Positions 28,501 through 40,500 of a stretch of DNA of 64,000 nt are shown piece after piece. The notes under the pieces are model-generated. The model was not told the origin of the DNA. It saw nothing but the letters and a program-made list of their open reading frames with translations, and did no database searches. Where the stretch lies: the NCBI GenBank assembly GCA_050575255.1, contig JBNZDD010013726.1:620001-684000 (forward strand), read 5' to 3'. Each line of letters starts with the position of its first letter. Position 1 is the stretch's first letter. The position numbers and the translations under genes were made by a program. This DNA is from Harriotta raleighana. Lineage: Eukaryota.

Positions 28501-31500
28501 TTTGCTCGATAGAAGACATTAAGAATGCTATCATTATATCATCAATTACACAAAGTGGTCTGAAAATCTCTGAACTGGAATGAAAGGTTTACCAGTTTCA
28601 TTTTGCTCTGCAACTTGTCGTCCTAGTTTCATTTTTTGAGCCATAAGGTGACCACTGGTGGCTGGATGGGGTACAGATGTTTCCATATCGAAAACAGGCA
28701 AACTCCCATTAGTCCCTGATCTTTCAATACCTGAACAGCAAGTAAAATACTGCAGAATTAAGAAAAGCAAAAACCAAGTAGCATAATTTCATCAAAATAA
28801 TACGGAAATATAATGCATTAATTGTATTCATTCAAACCTTATATTTATCGATAACCCAAAAGAGAATATAAGGCAACCTGGTTATAATGTCTGTTTAGCA
28901 GGGTGAATTTACAGTGTACTGCAGACCTACACTATCGCAGAACTGTGGTATAATTCTAAAGTACGAATGTTGAAAGACGAAGAAAAATGAAGTAATGGAA
29001 TTAGAAAAATACAGATGCTGTAAATTTAAATTTTTTTATAGAAGTCAATAGAAGTAATAGAAGTTGATTATTGTGAGAGCCATGCATGCACAGGAAGAGA
29101 GGTGAGGATTTTCACTACTTCTTACCATTCGTGACGTCGTTGCTATTCTTCATTTCTATTATTGATTTATTTGCATCCATTTTGTCCTGCTGTAAAGTAT
29201 TATTGAGAACTCTTGCCTGGCAATGAGCTTCAGTGCTGTCAATAACTGTTAGCAAAGCCTCAAGTGACAACAAATGGGTTGTGTATAGTTGTCCAGATAC
29301 AGGAAAAGCATTCTAGAAGTAAAAAGAAAACGTCAATAATAAACCAACAGAGAATGCATATATTCCAGTCAATTAAATTACAAGATGGACATAATTATGT
29401 AATATCTGAAGTGCTGTATGTAATTGGCTGCCGCATTTTGGTCACAAATGTACAGTCAGTTCACTTGACAGAATATTCTGCAAAACACCGAGACATCTCG
29501 AAGATGTGATAAGACACTATATCAAATGCAACGACTATTATTATGATATCATGCTGAACTGCAAGAATGCAAAGAATGAGAATCTGTTAACATCTGTCAA
29601 TGTGCTTACACATAAAACCAACAAATGGGGTTAAACCTGCTAAACAACTATAAATTCAGCATTTGCCCCCCACTCTACTTTCATTCCCTGACCTTGGATG
29701 CTATCCTTTTATAATAGCAAAGGAACAAATATATTTATGGATTGTAAACTTGGCATCTGAGGATGACATACAGTATTGAAGATGGCACTGCTGTCTAGAT
29801 TCCACACTCTTGACATTCTAATATTCTGGCAATTTCCTGCTCTTGCTATCATAAACAATGAAGAAACCGTACTTTGATTGATAAGTCAGAAACAATTTCA
29901 ATGACAAAGCATTTTATGATTTAAATCTTCAGTGGACAATAAGCATAACATAATACTATTTCCTCTGCAATAAATTTCAATTGTTGATTCAAATCTTGCA
30001 TTATTATACTATTAAGGTTAAAAATTATGATATTTATGCAATATTTTCTAAAATACCTCATCAGGATGCTCTTCTGTTTACCAAAGTGCTCCAGTCTGTT
30101 TACCAAAACTTACCTTGGAAAGTAACTTTGTAAGATCTTCAAAAAGATTACAACAGTAGAAATCACAATCAAAATTGATGTACAGTTCTGTGACAAAGCT
30201 TGGGATTCGCCATAGTTGGACAAGCGCTTCCAAAGCCATTTCCTTCATTTCATATGGCATTTTGGGGTTTTCCGATGTTATTAATTCCATTAGTTTTTTC
30301 AAATACATCTTGAAAAAAAATTGGTCCTTTTAATCACAATTTCAGTTGCTTATCAGAGTATTTTGATCAGCAACACACTAAACATACAACACTACCAACT
30401 CTCGTTGCACATAAACGTCCATAGAACATATGGATATTTAAAGCATCAATACGCTGTGTAAATTAACACAAATTTCACGTTTGGATTGTTAATGGTATTT
30501 CTCTTAAAACAACAAAAGAACAAAATTACACTTGTACAGCGCCTCATGTCAGATCTCATGTTTATTTCTATGTTCCACCTACCTCAAGTTGGAACTTAAG
30601 ATGCTCCCTCATGCTTTCAAACAAAAGGAAGCACAGCCTGAGAGAAGTAGCATACAAATTAAGCCGTTCTATACTCAGCAGCTGAAAAATAAATCACATC
30701 GAAGCCTGTTATTATTTTAAGACATTTATAATACTGTTCAGTAAATTTAGTAACCTGTAGTAATAGGTTAAGTCCCAAACATCTGATAAAATGTCAAAAT
30801 GGTACCTGAAACAGATGCCGACAAAGTTCATCTTTAACAAGACCAAGCAATGACATATAGTTGGCAATGTGTGCTGATTCCAATGCAATTGTAAGCAGCT
30901 GTAAACCCATGTGAATCATGACTTCAGAATTGTGACGGTCATGTGGATTTGTAAGGGAGATAAGAAAACGGAACAGCTCGCGTATACAAGGTAAGCCATA
31001 TGGAACCAGGGCTGCACCTGAAAGACAAATAATTTCATGTTGAACCAAATGGGTCATATAAAACAAGTGTGTTATTTCTGGTGTGGTAAGGAATACAATT
31101 TTTTAATCAGTTTCCTTTAAACTATAGATGGGAAAGAAAAAACATTGCATTCTCTCTTGCATTTCATTCACTCTTGCATTCTTTTGTTTGCCAGCTAAGA
31201 GGCATGGTCTGCAGGAAGTTGTCCTATCTCAATAACGTACTTAGAATAGAAAATTATATTCACATGCTTATTATGCACTAAATCAGAAACAAAAATATCA
31301 TCTGAACATATCAACCATCCCAGGCTGTGACATGCAATCTTGATCATTTGAATACTGCAAATTTCTCTCAGTATTCAAATGAATCATAGAATCATAGAAT
31401 GTTAAGGCACAGAAGGAGGCCATTCGGCCCATCGAGTCTGTGCCGGCTCTTTGACAGAGCAATGTCACTTTTATTAACCCCAATCACCAGCTTTCTCCCC

Positions 31501-34500
31501 ATAACCCTGCAAACTCGTCTTCCCCAGATACCTATTTAGTTCTCTCTTAAAAGCTGCTATCGAATCGGACCTCACTACCCTTTCAGGCAGATCATTCCAA
31601 TATTAATCTTAGACTAACAATTTAATTGTTCATGTATTTACTATCAAATTATGGAACAATACTCATGCATACCTTCCTTCTGTATTGATTGTGTAAACCT
31701 AACCCCACGAGGGTTAACATAATCCATATCGTGTACTTCATGGATGGATGCAGTATCAGAGGTTTCAGTGAGCGAATCCCGATCTTCTAAAACTTCTGGA
31801 ATAGACTCTATAGATGTGGATTGAATCTTCTCTTCTTTAGGCAAATAGCTTTCCATTCTTCCACTCTTCTGCAACAAAGTCAAATTTCAGAATACTTCAT
31901 CCAAGTGGGTGATAATTCCTTTAAAAAACACCATATCAGGATACAATAACGGGTCTCCATTTTCCTATACAATGAACAGCTACACATCAGCTGCACCACT
32001 CGTCATTTGCCTTAAAAAGTGGGATGTTCACCTCTTATGCTAGAGTTCTTTTGTAGTGACAGACCTACAATTCCACCTTGTCTTCGCTTTTGAAACCTAT
32101 TTTGTTTTAAAATTAGAGATTGTAGAAAATTCTATCTTCAGTCTTAGTTCAGAAGCCAGTTCTTTTTAGGACTTGCAGAAAGCAAGATAGCAAATAAAAA
32201 CAGAATTATGGAATTTTCCACAATCCATGTGATCTTTAACTTTAAAGCATAACGGTCTTGCAGGTTAGAACTACAGTACAGTATTTGGAACTTCATGCTT
32301 CAGGATATTTGCTGGCAAGTGTTCAAATTACAACAGGCCAATGTATAATATTATTGGATCTGGGTTAACATAGGGCAAACTCATTTAATTTATGACCCTT
32401 TTCATCATTCTACACAATAATATTATCCAGCTGAATTCAAACATAAACCCTATATCAAATATGTATGATGAAAAATGAATTGAATGCAGGCTTGCCATCA
32501 CATTGTTTCTATGCCTATAGAAGATTCATATTTTCCGCCAACTGTGGTGCCAGTTTAGTAACATTGCGAGACGAGAACAAAGGAATATAGGATTACACAA
32601 TACAAAAAAACACACTTCACCTGGTTATCCATATCCAAAGTAAAACAAACACACAAAAACACTCTCACACAAAAACACTCTCAAATACCCCTAAATTGTT
32701 TTTAATTCATGTACACCCCTTAGAAACAAGAATATGCAATTAATGTCTGAATTTTCTGCTTTTTTATCGTAAAAAAAACTTCCACAGCCTCTTCTAATTC
32801 AGGTGGCTAATTTCAGCTGTCAATCTAGTTTCCCTTCACCTCTACCCTTCCCTATTTCAAGACCTCCTTAACTGTTTATATGGCAGCCACAATTGTATGC
32901 AATACTTGAGGTAGAATTGAAGAAAATACAATGATGAGTCAAAAGTTTAATATGAGAAATTGAAAAGCTGTAGTATTTACCAGAGACTCTTGCTGAACAT
33001 GTGAGTCTTCCATTTTATCTTCACCACGCTCGCCAGAAGGGGTATTCAATGGAGTGGCACCTGCAGAGCTCAGCTGGTCAAGGTCACTAAGATCTTCCTT
33101 TGATGTTGTCTTGGAAGAAAGTTCCATGCCACTGTCTGTGGTAGGACTTGAGACAGAGGAAAGAGCTTCATTAACAGAAGTTGAAGTAAACGTTGTCGGG
33201 GTCACAGATACAACTGCTTGATCCATGAAGTGTGCTTCACCTTTGGAAAAAAAAAGAAATATAAATACTAGATTTTAAAAAATTACACTCATTCCTTTAT
33301 CCACAAATAATATTTGACTATTTGAAATTCACTAAAAAGTCTTGTCAATTTAATATCTATGGAAACATTCTGCTATGCTCACTTTATTCAATGGAAGAAA
33401 GAATTTCCATCTTACAGCAACTAATCACACCAAAAATGGTTCAAAGTGCTTTACAATAATTAATGTCTAGGGGAGTGACAAACATCCCATAAAAATGGGT
33501 CATTTGACACATGGCAAGTTGCAAGAGGCTATAAATAGGCATAAGGCAAATGATCCATTTATCTGAATGATTTTTCCCGAGACATCCCATCTCATTTTAA
33601 ACTGTATCTGGTCCTGGGATCTTTAATGTCCTCTCAAGACCAGACATATTGGACTTCAGGTAAACAACTCATTTGAAAAATTGTGCTTCAACAATAAAGC
33701 ATTCTCAGGAATTGAGCGTCAGAGTATACTGAGCTAAAGTCCCTTTGGGCTCAATTCCACAGCCCTCTAACCCAGATGCGAGAGCATTACTAAATAAGCC
33801 ACATCAATACACAATGTAATTTTGTTTTCATCTGTTTTGTGTAAGGAGCTTAACGATTAAATATTTATTAACTCAGGGCACCTTTTTTATGTTTCTCATT
33901 TGATCATCTGAAATAGTATGTCAAAGCCAGTTCCAATGACACTGTAAGCCATAAATCAGATGCTCAACCTCTAGTATAAACAGAAATGAATAGGGAAAAG
34001 TAAGATCTCATCAGGATTATTTCATAATCCAAGATCACACTCTAGTGCAATAACGGAGTTAGTCAGAGGTGCCAACCTTCAAATTAGGTAAGGCAAGGTG
34101 CAGTGTGCTGATTTCGGGAACTAACGATCCTGTGGCATTACTCAAAAAGGGAATTTCTCCCAGCATTCTTGTAAACAACAACTTGCAATTAGATAGGCCC
34201 TTCATGCAGGTTGTGTCTTGGGGTCCAAGACACAACAGTGTGGCTTGACACCAAGCTGCAAAGACAATCAATCAATATTACATTTATATAGCGCCTTTCA
34301 CGTCGGGAGAACGTCCCAAGGCGCTGTACAGTCAAGTAGGGATCAGAGTAAATCAGAGAAGGGAGGTGGCCAAAAGCACATTCAAACATGAAAGACTACA
34401 GATGTGATTTGAACAACAAAATGATATCTGTATAGTGTCTTCACATCAGGAAGACATCCTAAAACAGAACAAGGTAGAGGGATTGAGGCAGGGAGATCCA

Positions 34501-37500
34501 GAGATTCAGGTATAGTGGTTGGAACAATCCTCCCGATATATTGGTCAGTCATTCATGGTTATTATTTAAAGAAGTTTCCAAGGTCAATATACAAAATAAT
34601 TCTTACCTGAGTTGCTGTTTAACAGCTGAGGTACAGCACTCCCAGAACTGTATAAAACCTGTCCAGGTACAGATTGCTGTTCTGACGCGGAGGGAAGTTT
34701 TGTGACATGACGAGATGGTCGTGGCGATTTCTTTTGTTTTTTCCACTTGGAGGAGTCGCTCATTCCTCCTGCTCTCATCTTAAGCTGTGAATTGAATAAA
34801 AACCTCAACTTTATGATTCTGAAACCCAAATATAAGCAAAGCTTTATTTCCTTGACCCACACCTTACGTTTTGCAATGTTTCAATAGGATACTGTTAAAA
34901 AAAAGAAACCAAACTCTAAAATATATGTTGTTCATCACACAGCTTTGAGTCTTCTTTTAAATGGGATTTGGAAATAAGAAAATAATCTGAATTCTTAATC
35001 TATGGGAATTGCAATATTTTGTTACATTGTAATTAACAATAGAGATGAAAAGCACCAGTATATGACAGAGATTACATCCAAATCAAAGATGATGTCATGT
35101 TTCAGGCATGCAACACTCGTGTGTTAACTACTATTTGAACAAAATCTGATTGTACCTTGAAATAATTGCTTTTATAATATATGCAGTTTTACTTTTAATG
35201 TTGGAATAATTCCTTTTTTGTACTTACAACGACAATCAGTGTTCACACTGCAAGTGTAAATGTTCACAACAAACAAATTACCAAACAAAATACACAAATG
35301 CAGAAGTTGCTTTCAGTTCAATGTGTAAATCAATCATTATTTTACAATACACATATTCATATCAAGGAAGCGAAGGGATAAGATCTGGTTTGTGAGATTT
35401 AGAAAATAGAGCTGGAAGAGATAGGACTCAGGAGCACAAGTTAAAATATAATCTGAAAGGTATTTTGCTTTATACTGTAGATAAACTATCTAAATAATCT
35501 TTAATTCAATCTAAAATGAGCCTACAGTATTTATTTCATCTAAAGAAACTAAAGAAATTAGAATGCACAATGCCTTAAGTGTGTGAAATCAGCCTTATAC
35601 AGTATGTAGATTTTATGAAAAAATTTCATAATAATCTTTGCATTTGATATAGCGCTTTTCACGTCTTCTAGATGTCTCAAAGCACTTCACAGAATATACT
35701 GTAAAGTGAATTGACTGTATATTTGTTGGCGAAACGCAGCAGCCAATTGTGCACAGCAGTGTCCCACAAACAGTCGTGGTTTGAAATGACCAATTTTATT
35801 ATTTTATTTTTGGGAGGGATTATTATTATTCAGATTTTTAAGATTTGTTTGCTATTCCAGGAAGCATCAATTTGTTTGAAGTAACTTTGAAAAAATCAGA
35901 GAATCCAGATTTTAAAATAAACGATTTCCTATAGGTCTAACTACATAGCCAAAATCTTTTCATTAGCAAAATAGATTTTGTTCCAAGTCAAAGTTACAAG
36001 AAAGTTATCTGAAGCATACTGTATTAGGAATGCAAAACTATTGCTTGAAAATTAATGCTTAATACTAAAAACAGTATATTCTCTCATAGAAAAAAAAAGA
36101 GAAATTTCCCAGCAATGAAATGATGAATTCCTCCATTTATACATATGACAGTGATCAAAAACACAGAACCTGAAAAAAAAGTGAACTAGCAAGGAAATTC
36201 TGAATGGTAATAAAAAAAAGGGGTGAGGGGAAGCAGATGAAAGATATCCCGTATGGATTAAATTAAACGATTATATTTTGAAACAGTGTACACCTTATGT
36301 GCACTTCAGCACTTTGGGACGTCCTCCCAACATGAAAGACGCTATACAAGTGTAATTTTGTTGTTGTTGTAGTTGTGTTGTTGTTGTTATAAATAAACCT
36401 GCATAGGATTTGTTGAACCTAAATAAAACCTGTTGTGTTCCTTTGGTATATGTACATTAACACAAGAAAAAATAATATCTTTTAAATTCACATTTCATTT
36501 TTTTTCAAAAAAGAAACTACAGTTAACCCTCATCGATCGTGGGGCTTACGTTCCTGGAAAACTGTGCACTCGATAAAATCACATTGGGTAAGTTTAACAA
36601 GTATTGGGAAAAGGGGGATTAGGGGAATCCAGACACAGGCTACCCACCTCAAGCCTCTAGGCACATCCTGTGGACAGCCGGCTGGTCCACACCTCTCCCC
36701 CACCCTCTCTTCCTGCGCTCTTCTCCCCTACCACCCGGGAAGTGGGCAAATCAGTGGTAGCCCAGGAAGGAGGTAGAGAAATCAGGGAGGGAGCAGTTGG
36801 GGAGAGGTAGTGAACCGCTTGGGGTTGGGGTGGGGGGGGTGGGGCAGAGAGCCCCTCAGGGTCAGGAGGAGGGCGAGGGGACCGAGTGCCACTCAGGATC
36901 GGGGGGGGGCAGAGAGCCGCTCAGGGTCTGGGGGGCCGAGAGCCGCTCGAGCGTGGGGTGAAGGGGGAGCAGAGAACCACAGGCGGTCGGGACGGGAGAC
37001 GGCAGAAAGCCTACAGCCAGCTCTGGCTTTGTTATCGCTTTATAACAAAGCAATAAAAAGAAAGCAATAAAGCAATAAAACAACAGCTAGGCTAAATTAC
37101 TCGCTCTCTCTCTGTCTCTTCTGTTCAATGTCATCGGGATGCTCTGAGGCTGAAGAGTTATCAAAAATTACCCAAGGATGCGTTGCACACGGGGCCAGCT
37201 GAGGAATCATCGGCTTTAGACGGGATCTGCCGGCCTCATCAAAAGTGCGCATGCGCGTGGGACCAGCCAGCTGAGGAATCATCGGATTTAGTCGGGGGCC
37301 GTCACAGTCTTCACACGTGCGCACGCGCACGGCGGCCAGCCAGCGCATATACACAAGTTTTGCTGCACAAAAAAGTGATGCTTTTGTTTCGTTGCGTATA
37401 CTTGAATTCACAATCGATAAAGTCGCATTCGACGATGGTTAACTGTAATTTGTTGAGCTTTATTATTAAAAAGTAGGGTTCGCCTACCAGTAATAAGATA

Positions 37501-40500
37501 AGATAAATGTTCAGCCTCAGGGAGGTACTGATGCCTTTCCTTAGAATGACACATTTTGCATCAGTGTAACATCCTTACCTGCACTCGTTTGTTTTTCCAC
37601 GAGATTGTGTAAGCCTCGGGGGAAAAAATTGCAGTTACCAATAATTAGTGAAATAAATTTGCAAAATTCGTTTGTAATTATGGGGTTAAATAAATATTCA
37701 GCATATCCAATTTAGGATGAAATACAGTAACAAATGCAGGGATTAATAATATTAACTGGCACAGTAAGCAATTATATTTTAATGAGGAATATAGAAAATC
37801 CTCATTATAATGTACAGTTTATGAATTATAACCTTATCATGCCTTAGCTGTCTTCACTAAAGTCCACCTTTAAGTAAAAGTCCCCGAATGACTTCAAGAT
37901 AGCATCATGCATCACTCAACACATTCCATGCAATCAGCACACAAAATTTAAAGGTAGTATAGCGATGATATAGTTTAATATTCAAGATGAATATCAGCGC
38001 CTTGGGACGTCCTCCTGACGTGAAAGGTGCTACACAGATGCAATTTGTTGTTGTTTGTACATTATTTGTATTCACCATCTACCAGAAGATTCTGATGTGA
38101 CAAAAACTTCTGCTGGACATTTATACTAATGATGGTGCAGGTTTGCAAATCCCAATACAGTACTATAGTTTTGTTCAACAGATTCCCAATTCAGCTATAC
38201 TCCATTTTGGGGTCTGGTTAGGTTGGCATTTTGACTTTTGCAGGACAGAAGTTCAAACAGTACTTCAGTTTGCAGTAAAACGCATGGGAGTCTTTAACAT
38301 GCAGTGAAAGGGCTATGCAGTTTACAGCGTTCGTACGCACGCACTAAGAAACACAAGTTCTACTCCTGGTTACTTTTATCTTAGAAAAGAAAAGAGAATA
38401 CATTCAGTCTAATATAGCATAAATGACTACAGTGTAGTAATTTGTTGCCAGTGACTCATACTGGTGCAAGGGTGTATATTACATATGCCCGCACAAAACC
38501 CCCCAGAATATTTTGTTCCATCACTGTTACTGAGGAATTTCCTGTTTACATTTGGCATCATCCATTATGACAATATAATTGTCTTTACATATCCTTCCTA
38601 CCTCAACATAGATCATGCTAATCCTTTTCTCTGTATTTGAATTTAACCCAGCTGCTGTAAATCATTCTGTGTACTGTATTTCCCTGGAATGACCATTCAC
38701 CTTCCTTAATTTTTGAATTATTCTCAACATACAAGGTTATCGCAGCCTACATTTTCAATTCAATCCTTCTGGAACATTCTGTACCCCTCCATTTTTAAAT
38801 AAAGTTTTCTTTTGGAGTTTGTTATCTTAATACTTGCACCAGCAGTTAAAATGTCTTTTTTCAAAAGCAGGAGAAAGAGGATGTAACACCACTCTAGGCA
38901 AAAATCATTATTTGACCGGACTAAAAAAAAGTAATTGTCCACCATTTAGTAATTTAAAATAACAGGTCAGATTTTATATTTTAAAAGTTTCAAAGAATAA
39001 ATAATCCTCAATTTCCTGTCAAATGGTGATCTCTGCCATTATACCATTTCAAATGTTTTTATTTAAAATTTGGAATCTTACAAGAAACAATGCAGAACCA
39101 ATGCCAAGCACAAAGAAGTCAAAATGAGATCTTAATGTGAACAAGCAAAGAAAACACGGGAAAACAGGAAGGCCTAAATTAAACACACTGCTGCATTTCA
39201 GGCGAATCGCCACTGTAGTCCAGGAATTAAAATAACAATTGTGTTGTATACCTTCTTCATACTGGTTCCCACAAAGCTTTTGGCTTCTTCTTTGAACTGA
39301 GGCAGCCTATGGAAAATAATACAAACATAAGAGATTCCCAAAATTCACATCTTGAGCTTTTTAAATAAATGTTTTATCTTATTTTTTTTAATGACAATAG
39401 ATACAAATACATTTTATCCCGATGGCCAACAGTGATTAAATGATGGAGACTGAAAAATAGAACTAAATACACAATTAAAATGCAACCAAAAAAAACTGAA
39501 TTCACTCAAGGCTCTAATCTCTTAAAAATCGGAGGTACTTTGCAAACTCTTGAAGTTGCTCTTTTAGTCAAAGATGAGTTTTCTAACTCATCCCCAAGGG
39601 ATAATTGTTAACTGCATATAGATGACAATGTATCTACTTCATGAAATGTTCCTAACTGACAATTATGAATATGCTGAATCAAGTTATATTTGTGATACTT
39701 GCCTGGTCAGTCTTTTTTGATGTAATAACTACCCTACAAAATGGAAATAGTACCCACTGATTGCTGTATTTAATGCTCGCTCAACTTATTTGATCATATG
39801 CTTGTTCTATTCATGCGAATGAAATACACAGAACAACCTCACCAAATAAAAAACAGTGGCATCCTATGATTCAAAAAGAAAATGTGGCCCTGTATTTTTT
39901 CCACATTACATGCTACATTCATTGTACAGAATTGTTTATGAAAGCAAAGGAAGAAGGTTTGTGGTTTCATTCTCAGGCTGGTGAAACCACTCTGTTTATC
40001 CCATCACAAACACACCAGTCTCCAGTCCATTCGTGTTATTCGTGACCAAAGCTTTTTTTAAGAAATTAGAATTTGCTGGTATCACAGCTCTTTTATAAAG
40101 CCAACAAAAAGACCAGAATCTCAAGATTAACATGATTGCATCATGCCATGCAAATTAGCTCACCTGCAGCATTCTAAGGGTTAAGCTGTTTTTCTTTACA
40201 TTGAATGGAGCAAATAGGAGCCAAGTCATGCGTTAATTCCAGTTCCATTTATTGTCATAAACAACCATGTTGTTCAGTGGGCTCGAAGGTAGGAATGTAT
40301 TATGAACCATTTATTAAATGTGACCTTTAACTCATCTGTCAGAGTTTCATAACACACCATATATAAACTAATAGCCGAGATATAATGGCTTTCAGAATTC
40401 ACAAGTGTCATTTGAATATAAAATTAATGCAACTGTTTTTAATGAATGAATTTTAATAATTCAAGAGTTCGCTTTATTTGTCTTGAAGCACATCTAACTG

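Noticed and set aside
35228-35247. 20-nt exon-like segment (tgcag|...GTT|gtaagt) in intron 8
   Set aside because: Frameshifting, contains an in-frame TGA and has a weak exonic donor context. It is consistent with chance and is a caution for the other micro-exon calls.
38760-38945. ORF starting MVDN..., resembling the GBF1 N-terminus MVDK
   Set aside because: Similarity ends after three residues, it lies in intron 8, and the nearby acceptor leads to a stop in the GBF1 frame.
40158-40180. CAG|GTGAGC as a possible recursive splice site or micro-exon
   Set aside because: No real polypyrimidine tract, the intron is short (2.6 kb), and the implied 10-nt exon would frameshift.
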